Shown piece after piece: positions 38,086 to 50,689 of a DNA stretch of 64,000 nt; the stretch's first letter is position 1; each line of letters begins with the position of its first letter. The position numbers and the translations under genes were made by a program. Source of the DNA: Schmidtea polychroa (lineage: Eukaryota); contig CM097886.1 in the NCBI GenBank assembly GCA_044892525.1, positions 26,846,001-26,910,000 of the forward strand, given 5' to 3'. A model generated the notes under the pieces. The model saw only the letters and a list, made by a program, of their open reading frames with translations, searched no databases and was not told the DNA's origin.

Positions 38086-38747
38086 GACATGGATTGAGTG
38101 AAGGAGAAAGGGGCATGATCTATAATATTCATTCTTTAGTACGCGATGTTCTTTTAGATATTGACGAGGTAATGATTCAACAAAATCTAAATACAAATAT
38201 TCCTATATTTATTTATGGACACTCAATGGGTGGGCTCATATCTGTTTTCGCTAGTCTCGAAAGAAAGTCATTTTTTACTGGAATGTGCCTAGAGGCTCCT
38301 GCTTTATCAATTCCAAAAGTGGTTGGAAAAGGAACTATTTTCGTGACTAAGATAATGAATAAAATTCTCCCTTCAATATCTATTGCTAAACCCAATAATA
38401 ATGATATATGTCGAAACTTGGAGTGCATTAAAGAAATTGAGAATGATAAATTAGTTATTCACAGAGGTCTTCCAGCAAGAACAGCAAAGTCTGCGATGAA
38501 AGCTCTTCGACAACTGAAATCACTAATAAAAGATGTTGACACTCCATTTATTATTGGACATGGAGATGCTGATAAACTGTGTGAAATTGTTGGTAGTCAT
38601 TATTTTGTGGAAAATTGTTCAGCAACTGACAAGTCGTTCATAACGTTTCCTCACGCTAAGCATCGGCTTCGAGATGAAATAGATAATGTTGATGTGGAAT
38701 TTACCTCTAAAATTATTAATTGGATAAATGAGAGAATGGAAAAATAA
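38086..38747 (+). CDS. MGLL: MGLL-family copy 2, exon 2 (289 aa total)
   Basis: Acceptor TTTAG at 38085 completes HDHRG-HGLSEGERG. GHSMG, HGDADK and AKHRL triad motifs are intact. Confidence 0.92.
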
Positions 38748-39251
38748 AATTTCACAAGATCACATCAATTTATTTTCTTATTATTCGACATTTTTTGTAT
38801 GAATTATATTTATATTATTAATAAAAGTTCTAATTTGAATCTATGAACTTTTTAATTGATGAAATATTGGAAATACATTGACTGAGGTCCAATGTTCTCA
38901 TCGTTTATATGAAATTCATTTATGCTAATTGTCAGCTTGATTAATGAAGAAATACAGTAAATTTCAGATGTCGAAATGTTGAATTCGCTAAAATTTCAAA
39001 TGCTTGTGAATTTTCACATTGAATATTACCTTTTAGAGGGAAACCGTGTACACCTAGAATTCAAACCGAGATATTCGAAAGTTAGAATATTATAAGCCAC
39101 ATTTTATTATTTCTAGACCAGTTTAAGAGGTGGTGGAAATTGAAATAGCCAATGTATTAAAATTTGTCTATAATTTACTACTTTGTAGTGGGTTACGAGT
39201 AAGGAAAACTTTTCGTGTTTGTATGCGCCCTGTACGGTCAATGTTTTAGAT

Positions 39252-39589
39252 CAATGTCTGCCAAACTGTATGCCGTGAAATATTTAGGATAATTTTAATA
39301 TACAATTGAAAAAATTAACCAGCAAGCATAAGGATAGGAAAACTACCATGCATAAGACAAAGTACGTGTGGACGTGTTTATATTTGAGGGCGATATATGT
39401 GCATTATATCTCAATAAAATAATATAAAGTTTTTTGTAATTACTACACTCTAAAAAATTTATATATTTTTGCTTATATTGATATTGATGTTATATTTAAT
39501 TTTTCCGATATTTTTTATTTAGTGTGCCACAAAATAAAAGGCCGTTTCTTAGTGTGCTGCGAACGAAAAAAAAAGTTTGGCAGATACTG
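39252..39589. mobile_element. hAT/Charlie-type MITE
   Basis: TIR CAATGTCTGCCAAACT / AGTTTGGCAGATACTG; 8-bp TSD TTTTAGAT / CTTTAGAT (7/8). Confidence 0.75.
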
Positions 39590-40389
39590 CTTTAGATCTA
39601 CTTTCACCTCAAAACTGACCATAATGATTTTATTCAACGATTAAATGGCCGTCACAAGCGACGTTGGTGATACGATTTATCGGGTGATATTCAAATTATC
39701 AAATTACACTATCTTCTGATATTAAAATAAGTTATTATATTACTCAAATGAATTCAACTCAAGCTGAAAGCAATTAGATTAAATCTATCAATTAAAATTT
39801 TATTTTTGGAGCTAGCTATTGTTATTAAATAATACACACTTGGAGTCAGATCAATAATTGATAATATTTAAATTGACTCTCAAGAACAGTTTTATTTTTA
39901 GTGTTTTGGTTATGTAGCACTGCTTTTTTATGAGTTAGATTGTGTGAGTTTTTAGTTTAATTTTGTGTGGGTTTATATACCTCCTTAAGCTCGGTTAGGT
40001 GTCTGCTGTTTCCAGGACCATATCGAGTTTTGTAATATAATTTTATTTTTATTTTGCGGGTGCTCTTGTTTCAGCAGTTACACTTCTGAAACAAATTTTT
40101 TAATATTCTAATTGTCTATATTTAGATTTGTAGTGTGTTGCTATGTTTTATTTTTATTACTAACAACTTGTCCGAGTTACTTGTCCGAGATCCACCGGAT
40201 AGAAATAATTAAACTATATAGTTAATTCTCTTTAGTAAATTATGACTATAGAGAATTTGAAAAAATAAATAAAACAATTACAAATAATCTTAAAATATAT
40301 TTAACGGTAAAAGACAATTTTGGAACTTTAAAAACTTAATTACTATATACATTTGTTGTGCTCGAATTTTATATTTTCCAAGTTCGAGA

Positions 40390-40599
40390 TTATCCATAAA
40401 TAAAGCATAAAGAAAATCTCAAAATCTTGCAGAAAATAACCAAGAACAAAGTGCGTATTTTCGTTATTTTATCTATCATAATAAAATTTGTATAATTTTA
40501 TATTGCTGTTAATTTAATAATTTTGAGTCACACATTACATACAAGCACCCCAGTTGTCCCGAGACAGTATTTTTAAAGGTGACTCGGGTGGGCTCTACA
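40390..40599 (+). mobile_element. LTR R/U5 fragment (family L1), upstream of and co-oriented with the pol relic at 40.9-42.6 kb
   Basis: ACATACAAGCACCCCAGTTGTCCCGAGACAGT...GGGCTCTACA is the inverted homolog of the 17.5 and 30.5 kb copies. Confidence 0.6.
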
Positions 40600-40899
40600 A
40601 ACTTCTTCATAATATACATTAGCTACTTTTAATATCACTAAGCTGGAAGCAGATTTTCTTTCAAACTTCAACCTATTAGTCGACTGTAAGAATGGAAAAT
40701 TCATCCCAAACAATTTAAACAACACAAACAACAAAGATAAACAATCCAAGAAACAAATCAATTGTGACATCGGTGTAAAAACATCTCAACACGGCAAAAC
40801 AAAAACAAACGAACAGAAACTAAAAACAGTAACAGACTGGCATATACCTAACGAAATCGCAAAACTGATACAAATTGTACTAAATATAACTAACAAACT

Positions 40900-42620
40900 A
40901 GAAGCAAACAATGAAGTAAAATGCATAACCGAACACGCAATAATTAGCAACGGAAACCCAGTCCATGCAAAAGTCAGACAATTGGACAAAAATAAACTCC
41001 AATAACTAAAAAAATATTCGACGAACTACTAGAAAATCAAATCTTCAAACATTCAAACTCAAATTGGTCATCAGCTCTCATACTTAAAGAATAGGCAAAT
41101 TGTGAATGGCGAGCCTGTGGAGACTACACAGCATTAAAGAACATCACAACAGCCAACAAATACCCGATTCTAATCATAAACGACATCATCAACAGATTCA
41201 ACAAACCAAAAATATTCAGCAAAATAGACTTAGAAAAAGCCTAGCATGAAATCCCTGTCAGAACGGAAGACATAAAGAAAACAGCAATCATCACACTCAT
41301 AGGTCTCTTCGAATATAAGAGTATGCCCTAAAATATGCAGCGGCCACTTTCCAACGCTTCATGAACCAAATATTTCGAAATCAACAAAATACAGTAGCAC
41401 ATCTTGATGACATCTTGATAGCATCAACAAACAAAACAGAACACTTACTAAACATTAAAAACGTGTTCAAAATACAAAACAAACATGAACTAAAAATTAA
41501 CATAAAAAATGCGAATTTTTGAAAACAGAAATAACATTTCTGGGACATTTGTTAAACGAAGCCGGAACAAAATCATTAGATGACAAAATTAAAGCCATCA
41601 AAAACTATTCTTTACCCAAAACAACAAAAAAGTTAAGATGTTTTCTTGGCATGATCAACTTTTATCACAAATACATACCAAAATGTCGTGAAATGCTCCT
41701 CTTAACGAACTGAACAAAACAAAGAGAAACATCAAAATAAATTGGAATAAAGAACTAATAACAGCTTTTGAACAGGCAAAACAAAAAACATAAGCATTCT
41801 ATCCCAACCAGGAATTACCATACATAGTCAGCACAGTCTGTTCGGGATTAGCAATGGGCGGAACAATATTCCAAGAAGAAAACAACGAAAAACGACCAAT
41901 AGCCTTCTCAAAGAAATTAAAAACGCTCCAAATGAGATGCTCCACTTTCGACAGGGAGTTATTAGCGTTACATGATGCAATCAGACACTTCCAATACTTA
42001 TTGGAAGAAAAGGAATTCGAAGTGTGTACTGATCATAAACCCTTAATAAACGCAATGAACATGAAAAACCCTTCACCGAGACAAATAAGACAATTAAACT
42101 ATACCTCACAATTTAATTGTAAAATAAAATATATAACAGGTTCAGCTTACATAAGTGCAGATGCATTATCAAGAATAGAAACCGATATTAATGCACTTAA
42201 TATACCACCTATCATAGAGTTAGAAAATTTAAAAGTTAAACAAAAACAAACAATAATCGAAATTCCAAGGTTGAACTCACTCCAATTGGAAGAAATAGGC
42301 GGCATATGGTAGACACTTCAAACGACAACAACAAAAGGATCATAGTACCACCAGAACTCTGTGATCATTACCTCCATAAATATCACAACATCACCCAGCC
42401 AGGAAACAAAGCAACATACGAACTTCTGCATTCCAAAGTCGCTTGGCCTTATATAAGAAGGGACATAAAAGCGTTCGTAAAAAACTGCAGTGTCAAAAGA
42501 ACAAAATGGCAACAAAACAATTCAAAACAACAGTAGTAGAATTTCCAAGTTCTGAACCATTCGAAATGATACATATTGACATAGTCGGTCCTCTACCCCC
42601 AAATAATAAACACAATGTTT
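40900..42620 (+). mobile_element. Degraded Ty3/gypsy pol, related to the element at 33889-37994
   Basis: EWRACGDYTALKNIT, SKIDLEKA, YLDDILI, STFDRELLAL, TDHKPL, PSPRQIRQL, ADALSR and MIHIDIVGPLP, with many stops and frameshifts. Confidence 0.9.
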
Positions 42621-42869
42621 ATTAACAAAAATTTTGCTTTTATTGGAATCTTCAGCGATAATTTTTATACTATTATTCGGTATTCTAGGAACTCTGTTTC
42701 AAAAGTGATAACGTTTATAGACAATACAAATGGTTCCATGAATTTGCAATGAATTTGTTGTAATGTATCAATTAATCCAATGAAACATCTATTATTATTT
42801 AAATTTATTTTCATCTAAATATTTAATCTAACACTACTAATATGCTTAAAATGTTTTGTTTACTTAAAA

Positions 42870-43080
42870 ATGACTGGAAAAATTAGAGATAAAGATTTTT
42901 TTGTGAATCCTGATGGAATAAAGCTCTTTAGATTGGTTTATCCACCAACTACTCGCCCTTATAGAGCAGTTGTTTTCATTTGCCATGGTTTATTCGAACA
43001 TTGTCAAGCTTCGTATTTTAAACCAGTCATACGACCTCTGGTTAACAGTGGATGCTTGGTTATCACTCATGATCACAGAG
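42870..43080 (+). CDS. MGLL: MGLL-family copy 3, exon 1
   Basis: RAVVFICHGLFEHC...VITHDHRG; phase-1 donor GAG|GTAACA at 43080/43081. Confidence 0.9.
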
Positions 43081-43630
43081 GTAACAATAATATTTCAGTG
43101 TTTCTTTTAATTAAAATAATGTTAATAACTTCGAATTAATTTTATAAAGAAATTAATTTGATTACATTCAAATTTTCCTTAAAATTGTTCTAGGTTATTA
43201 TTTTTAAATTAAGTAAAATTTCTTTTGTTATTTTATTGATATATAATATGATGCTTAATTTCTTTACATATATATAATTATATATATAAAAGAATATTTT
43301 ATTATACAAAATTATAAACTAATATTGTCCTGTTGGGTAGTCTAGAAATTTGGGGCAAATTTATTCTCATATTTTTTATAAATATAGTAAAGTTATTATA
43401 AATAAGAATTACGTGGATATTTATTATTAAGTAGTCACCATTATTGAAAATTGATATTTCTGTTTAACTTGATATTCCACCACACAAATGTTTCACATTG
43501 ACTTGAAGCAAATTTCATTGGTCAGTCAATAGTGCCGCAAAATATAAAGATTCGTATTATGAATGTCATTCTCAGTAATAAAAATATTTCATAAATGCTC
43601 AATGAGGGATAGATGCTGATAGGGTGACAC

Positions 43631-45044
43631 CAGTGGCGTAGCAAAGAGGTTCCCAAAGACAAACAATATTTTTTTGGAAATGTTTTATTTTGATCGATTT
43701 CTGATAAATATATTTTAAAATAATAGTTGTTGCGATATAATTAATTATCTAATTCATTTATTTGTCTGAAAAAATATGTTATAAAAAGTGTTTGCAGCAA
43801 ATCAATAAAATTTCCTCGTACACAAAACATTCTTTCGTCTTCCTGAACACTTTACTTTTCTAAGATTGTGATATATTTTTATTTTTTTAACGAAAAGTAC
43901 AGAAAATGCAACAACTGAGACACTCAGTTTAATTCCGTACGTTCTGGAGTTCAAAAATGAGTAGTGGATATAACACCCTCCCGGGCACGCCTACCCTGGA
44001 AAATCTACCCCCAGTCTCTTACATTATTGTAATAATGCCTCCGATTTTTTACGCTTTTACCCCTTTAATACCCTACATTTTCAGCACAAACCCAAGGTGC
44101 CAAAGGGAAGCTGAAGGAAACCTCTCAAAACCTCTCGAAACGGTGTTATTTGCTCAATATTAAAGCATCCGAAACTAGAAAACTCCAATAACGGATGCGC
44201 CTTCAGCTTCCCTTTGGCACCTTGGGTTTGTGCTGAAAATGAAGGGTATTAAAGGGGTAAAAGCGTAAAAAATCGGAGGCATTAGATTTTCCAGGGTAGG
44301 CGTGCCCGGGAGGGTGTTATATCCACTACTAAAATGTTGATTATTTAAAATTCAATAATAATCTTCAAATAATACCTAAATGATTATTCGTGGATTCCGC
44401 ATATTTCAGAACGAATCCAGTCTAAATGCAGTAAAATTTAAAGCGTAACATAGCCTGTGTTTCTATTTATCCCGAAAAAGTGTAGAAGTGTAGTTTATTA
44501 GTTACTATTCATAATATGTTATAGAGTATTTTAAGGTAGGTACTGCATTCTAGGGCATACCGGTTGTAATTTTCCTGCCGATCCGGATAGATCCAGTTAA
44601 ACATAGTCACACAAATTTGTATTTTAATATTAATTGTAGATGTTTTCTTTGATTAAAGGTCGCTAGATAGAAGCCTAAGAGTTAGAATATGAAGACATTA
44701 ATCGACGATCGTTAAACTAAAATTACGAACTTGTTTCGAGTTTTCAGTTTGTTGTTTAATGAATGTTGAATATCCACGAATCTTTTGTTTTATGTCTGCC
44801 GATTTTTATACCGTATTAACTACAGATATTTTTATGTTTCATTTTAACTGTTAAAAACACGTTTTTTTGTAAATTGGATCGGTCTTTCGCGTTGGTGGCG
44901 ATACCGATTAATCGATTTGGTCAAAATTCGGCTATACCCTACTGCATTCTATTATTATTTATATTATATTCTTATTACGAGTATACTTTATATATTGCTG
45001 TATTTTTTGAGTGGGGAATGCCAGTTATCCTCGCTACGCTATTG
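43631..45044. mobile_element. Old non-autonomous hAT-like element
   Basis: Ends CAGTGGCGTAGC / GCTACGCTATTG (10/12); 8-bp flanks GGTGACAC / GGTAACAT differ by two transitions. Confidence 0.6.
43960..44330. mobile_element. 371-bp foldback element with AGTAGT termini and 6-bp TSD (miniature Polinton/Maverick-like)
   Basis: 131-bp arms (43960-44117 including a 27-nt indel; 44200-44330) with one substitution. AAAATG is duplicated at 43954-43959 and 44331-44336. Confidence 0.75.
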
Positions 45045-45527
45045 GGTAACATTTAAAATTGAGAACCCCTGTTGTTTTGTTTTCTAGATTTTCCAAAAAT
45101 GTCACTACTTCTTTATCGATAATCATGTTGGAATTACTTTCGACGAATCGTTTAAACTCCTTTCTGATACCATACCTCGTAACAAGTTCATGTACCATGA
45201 TCATTTCATCATAAAAAATTCATTTAGTATCAACTCGTCCATCAATTGCATTGAAACTAAATTGACTTTGAACTCAAATGTTTTAAGATGCCATTTTAGA
45301 TGAGCATTGTAATATTGAATCGAGGCAAACAAAACCATCTTTCGTAACTAAGGAATTCCAGAGAGCTACCATTAAGAGTTATGTAATGCATCATTTGATT
45401 AACAAATCTCCCTCAATGATTCGCGATTCTCATTCTGTGTTAGTGCCTTGTTCAAAAAGGATTTCCAATCAATACTTGGCTCTGTTTCAATTCGTCTTTA
45501 AACGGAATAAGCAAGATTATACATATA

Positions 45528-46046
45528 CAGTGCATTTTTTCTAACAAAACACTCCGGAACGGCGTTCCGGCACCTTTTTCGCTGAATGATTTTAAAAAAT
45601 TGACATGTTTTGGTTTTTTGTCATATTTCTATTTCTGACATTTCAAATAGTCAATTACAATCAAATTAAAAGTAGTAGTCGTACCCCAAAGCGAGTGAAT
45701 CATAACTCCGTGCTTCCTATGTGTTATTACTATTATATAAAACACGCTCACGGGGAAGACATTCTGCTGTAGACACTAAGAGCAAGGAAAGGAGTCAAGA
45801 TGATTTGTCTGACGAAAATTGGAAAAAAAATATGGAAATTGCTTTAAACAACTTTACGATTTCATTTTTCTTTACATTTTTTCTACATTATAAAATTTAT
45901 CGGTAATAAGTTTTTAATAACTAATAAGTGTATATTTTGTGTCCTGCGTAATTATTTTATTTGTTAGCTAATTTCAGCGTCATTTTTTTGCATATAATGG
46001 ATAGTACAGATACGCTCCGGCACCTTTTTTCAGAAAAAAAGCACTG
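45528..46046. mobile_element. TIR MITE with CAGTG termini (Tc1/mariner-like or hAT; superfamily unresolved)
   Basis: TA|CAGTGCATTTTTTCT...AGAAAAAAAGCACTG|TA; internal TCCGGCACCTTTTT at both ends. Confidence 0.7.
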
Positions 46047-46066
46047 TATATAATTTACAACAAAAA

Positions 46067-46440
46067 TTATTTAAAAACATTTAAAACAAAAGTAATCACA
46101 GCATTTTACATATTAAAATTTTAATCCAACTTATATAACAGAGCTTCACAAATTACATCTTCTCAATAATTAATTGAAATTTTTAATTAAACTTCAAAAT
46201 TAGACATAAATATTTTTCTCGTACAGCTCTTATTATGCTCACTAATATTGGTCAATGCCTTCGGTCTATCATGTTCTCGAGCTCGAATACAGAGATGACA
46301 GGAAGTATATCATATGCATGTAGCATTACATCCATTACAAGTAAATTTATAGACGAGATTAGAACACAATCTTACCGGAGTTTTAGACTTATTAATAAAC
46401 ATATGACGTACTTTACATTAGTTTGACACAATCTTATAAT
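46067..46440 (-). mobile_element. Penelope-like GIY-YIG endonuclease relic, same family as 21958-22191
   Basis: SNLVYKFTCNGCNA...HLCIRAREH...NISEHNKSC...ICEALL...NAVITFVLNVFK; shares AATCACAGCATTTT with the 21.97 kb copy. Confidence 0.8.
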
Positions 46441-46959
46441 TTCAATTCCTCAGCTGCTTGCATATTTTTCTAAAAACCTTCAGAGTATCGCAATACCAAC
46501 ACAAATTTGCACGCACTATTTAATTTTTTTAACTCCATATTCAACTCATCTACGCCAGACATTTTCAAACATGGATTCTTAAGAGATATCTCAAAAGGAG
46601 ATCAATAAGTATGATATTCATACAGACAAAACCATCCCAAAATGAGTTCAAATATTAAGGTACAGCTACTGGGGTACTAATATAAATGAGGTCTAAAGGG
46701 TTATTTTTAATAAAATTAGTGGATCATTGATGCTTCACTAATTACAAATACAGCTTGATCGGGGATGTTAATATTGCGGTTAAAAATTTCTAATATTAGG
46801 GGTCATAAAATGAGAAGATATAGTTAGGTTATTTAGTATTATTAAAGTATCTAAGCCTGCTTTGGATGTACGAGTTATGTCTTTAACGTAATCAAGTGGT
46901 GGTTTGATGTCCAACAATGATATAGATCATGAAAATAAAAAGTGTACACATACATATTA

Positions 46960-47166
46960 NNNNNNNNNNNNNNNNNNNNNNNNNNNNNNNNNNNNNNNNN
47001 NNNNNNNNNNNNNNNNNNNNNNNNNNNNNNNNNNNNNNNNNNNNNNNNNNNNNNNNNNNNNNNNNNNNNNNNNNNNNNNNNNNNNNNNNNNNNNNNNNNN
47101 NNNNNNNNNNNNNNNNNNNNNNNNNNNNNNNNNNNNNNNNNNNNNNNNNNNNNNNNNNNNNNNNNN
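46960..47166. other. Assembly gap (N run)
   Basis: 207 N bases, flanked by CAT/AT low-complexity sequence. Confidence 1.
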
Positions 47167-47313
47167 ACATATGCATATTCTAACACTCATACATGTACAT
47201 GCATACATATTATAACATATGCATATAAGTTATATACTATTTATTTAAGTTATATACATTTTGGAGATCTTCTAAAATACTGCTTATTTCGAATGGTCGA
47301 TGTGTATCTAACC

Positions 47314-50300
47314 TAGGGTTGTTAATATCGGTTTTTCGAGCAATCCGATTATCGTTTGTATAAATCCGATTTTAAACCGATTATCGTTTGCACTTTGCAT
47401 AACCAAAGCTACTTACATTATTACTATTCACGCACGTGTATAGTATAATTAGTTTTATTCAAAGTTTATACCACACACAAGGAGAATATGAACTGACTGT
47501 TTATGTAGAAAGTTAAAGCATATAAGTAAATTTGTTTTCAATTTCTTCGGTAATTTTCCCTGTATATACTAAAGTATAAATCAAAATAAAACTTTCCGGT
47601 GCTGCGGCGGCCTTATTTTAAAATTAAACATAAACATATCGAAACCATAGATATCAAAAACAAAGATTCCAAAGTGTAAACATTTAAAAGTAAGTACTAA
47701 ATTCGATTTTATTTTTAAATATCAGACAAGTCCTGGTTCATATTCAAAAAGACCAAAGATTCTGCATGATCTGGAAGGAGCCGGTTACGAAGCTTGGTTA
47801 TCAGACGTCCAGTGGCCGAAAATAATCGTTCCGATTGCACTGAGGTTGCAGGAATGCATAAGAACTTCCGGGCAAGAATAGCTGTTTTGGGGAAAAGTTT
47901 CATATTATGTTTCCACCACTCCAGGGCTGTTTCACTTGAGTTTGTCGACCATGATGATTTGACGTAATATTCAAAGTCGGATTCCTCTGGCGCCTGTTGT
48001 GCTGCACTATCACCAAGGAGAAACATAACTGCATCATGATTTGGTCGTGATCTTTTAGTTGGTGGGATCATGTTATCTTCATCCCGACTCGTCTTCGGCT
48101 GTTCGGGGCAATCTGGCAGCTGTCTGATGAGATGACGGACATTTTCATACGCCAGCTTTTTGAAATCGTCCGGAAATCCAGGAAGATGCTTATACATCGG
48201 ATCGAGAATTGATGCAACAACGCATTCGTTTTTTGCTGTTTCATTATTTTCTAATCCAAAACGACGTGAAATATTCTTAGCAAGATCTCTCTTAAATTCA
48301 CCCATAATGTCAGAATCTTCTTCTTTAATGGTTAAATGATTTTTCACGAGTCCCCATAACATGGGAAAAACACAAGAGGCTGATGGCTGGCTTTCGGCTG
48401 ACATGACGAACGTCACGATCTGCAACGCTTTTAAAACCGGGAGCAATTCAGTCATCAGTTGCCAATAATCGTCCTTCATGCCCAACGTTTTGGCATCGTT
48501 CAATTTCACCACGTTTTTGTCGCTCAATACTGCAACTACTGGCCATCTCAGTTCTACTAGTCGTTCAAACATGTCATAGACGCTGTTCCAACGAGTCTTA
48601 CAGTGCTGAATAAGTTTTAGTGGCGTTTTATCCTTGTCCATGGACAACTGTCTTTTCAGGAGCTCCCCCGTTGCCATTGGGCTATGTGAGAAATGTCCGA
48701 CTAGTCGTGCTGCAGCTGATATACATTTGGAAATTTGATGATCCGTGACAACATGGGAGCCCATTGCATTATTGATGCAAAGTTGCAATTTATGCGCCGC
48801 ACAGTGAACGTCAAACCAACCATTGAGATTGCCTGCATGATTGATGTTGGATGCACCATCATGGACACATGCAACAATTTTTCTTTTATTGACCATTCAT
48901 CAGCTATACTACATAGATGGTCAGCAATGACGGCTTGTGTGTGGCGTTGAGTCATCAGAATTGTTCCAAGAACAGGCGTCATCATATTCCAGTCTGTATC
49001 AATGTAGCTTGCAGTGAAACTGAGATAAGCTTCATTGGTGACACTAGTCCAGATGTCGGTAGTGATCGCAATGTCCTTGACATTTTCATGGATATATTTC
49101 GACATTTTGACCACTAAATTATTTTTCATTGCTGTTAGTCGTGCTGTCATCGTCTGACGACACGGAGGACGATATCCTGGCTCCACTATCGCCATCAATT
49201 CACGGAAGGATTTCGATTCCACGAGCGAAATTGCCAACATATTTTCGGAAATCAATCTCGCAACAGCAGCCGTAATTTTTTCCTGTTTACTACTCGGACA
49301 ATTTCTTTGTGTTGTAATCAATGCAGTCAATCGTGTTTGAGTATTTGAAGATGTTGTTAATCCACCATGTTTGCTACGCAAATGTGCATGCAAACCAGTC
49401 GTAGTACCTCCACTCCTACTTATTTGCTGTGCACAGAGCTTACATTGTGCCATCGTCGCCGAAATTTTATCAAAATTGTCCCAGACGTCAGACTTATTTA
49501 TACGGAAACCCATAAATTTAAACTGATTTTGTATTGATTTAGATAATATAAAAAATGTTTATTGAATATTTCGTAATATTCAAACTAAACCGCAATTTTC
49601 AATTATATGGATTAATAACAGCTACTACAAGAGCAACTAACTGAATGAATGGAAATTATATAACAGTTTATATGTTTATAGTAGATTTGAACCATGGATT
49701 GGACTTTCCAAAATCTTGTCATAAATTAAAATCCCGAAAATCAATTTACTTCGACCTGAGCAGCCTCTTAGACATTGTCAAAAGATCAACAAACTGAATA
49801 AATTTGAGAATGGTCGTCACCCAAACTTGAAGTTTATCCTAGTGTCCAACTCTCTTCCATATTTCAATGGGTAAACAACTAAACATTATGATTCGAGGAA
49901 TGGCACATGTCTTTCGATCTCTTTACATCTGGCTTTCATGAAGATGATGCGGTATGCAATTCAGTTTATTCTGGTTTTAAGTTAAAACCAGAATAAACTT
50001 TTAACCGGTTCGCAGATGCAAGATATCAGATTGCAAAATAGACCTTCACGGACTAAACACAAAATCGCCGACCTCGGCCACATCTAGTCCCTGTCAAGGG
50101 GGTTAATAGCTAAGCTTCTGTTATGGACTGCAGTAATCAAATCTTTGGTGGCCGATTTCGGCAACAAATATCAGGTTGCCAAACAAAACCGGCAAAATGC
50201 AAATACTAAAACACACAACCACAACCTTGGCCTCAGCTGGTCCAGATTAAAAGATTTAATGGGCACAGTACCTGTCAGGGGCTGTATAAAACAAATCAGC

Positions 50301-50652
50301 GGTTGCCGATTACGGACATCAACTGACAAATAACTGGTCAGTCGGTGAGATATGTTGGAATACTAGAGCAACCTCTTGCCGTTGTTACAGGAATGGGATA
50401 ATTGAAAAGATTGACTCATGTACAAACACGTTGTAAGGAGTTTTGACGAGTTGAAAAAAACTGCCCCTTTCTGTCGGTAAAATTGAATGGATACAGTAGT
50501 AAACAATGAACAAAATTAAATTCCCGGCATTCAATTTATCTGTATAATATGTAAAAGACAAACAAAACCGATTATCGTTTTGTGAAATAAAGAAACCGAT
50601 AATCGTTTTCAAAATCGAAAATCGGATTTCCGATTTTCGTTTAACAACCCTA
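47314..50652 (-). mobile_element. Full-length hAT DNA transposon (Ac/ZBED1-like), 3339 bp
   Basis: 12-bp TIR TAGGGTTGTTAA and 8-bp TSD ATCTAACC (47306-47313, 50653-50660). Subterminal CCGAT(T/A)ATCGTTT repeats at both ends. Confidence 0.97.
47715..49513 (-). CDS. hAT transposase (BED finger, DDE, C-terminal dimerisation), ~599 aa if one frameshift is corrected
   Basis: BED CKLC...HLRSKH, TTDIWTS, VHDGASN, CAAH, TRWNS and SVQSERLFS. The two track ORFs join as DEWSIKEK-IVACVHD by adding one A to the A5 run (T run 48878-48882 on +). Confidence 0.9.
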
Positions 50653-50689
50653 ATCTAACCTATATAATATATAGGTTAGATACACATCG

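Noticed and set aside
28330-42620. Idea that the gypsy relics upstream of lipase copies 2 and 3 mediated the gene duplications
   Set aside because: Their RT motifs differ (LRIHIDFRALN versus WRACGDYTALK), indicating different lineages and independent insertions.
16876-42870. Near-constant ~13-kb spacing of the lipase starts (13048, 12946) and similar ~8-kb introns
   Set aside because: The second interval includes a recent 4.1-kb insertion and the filler sequences are non-homologous, so the regularity is most likely coincidence.
46875-47316. Six track ORFs spanning the second gap
   Set aside because: Artefacts of the N run and flanking low-complexity sequence.
48878-48890. Programmed frameshifting as the explanation for the split hAT ORF
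   Set aside because: No X XXY YYZ heptamer in the correct frame; a 1-bp deletion or sequencing error is simpler.
48735-49117. + strand ORFs inside the hAT transposase
   Set aside because: Antisense shadows of a GC-richer coding region.
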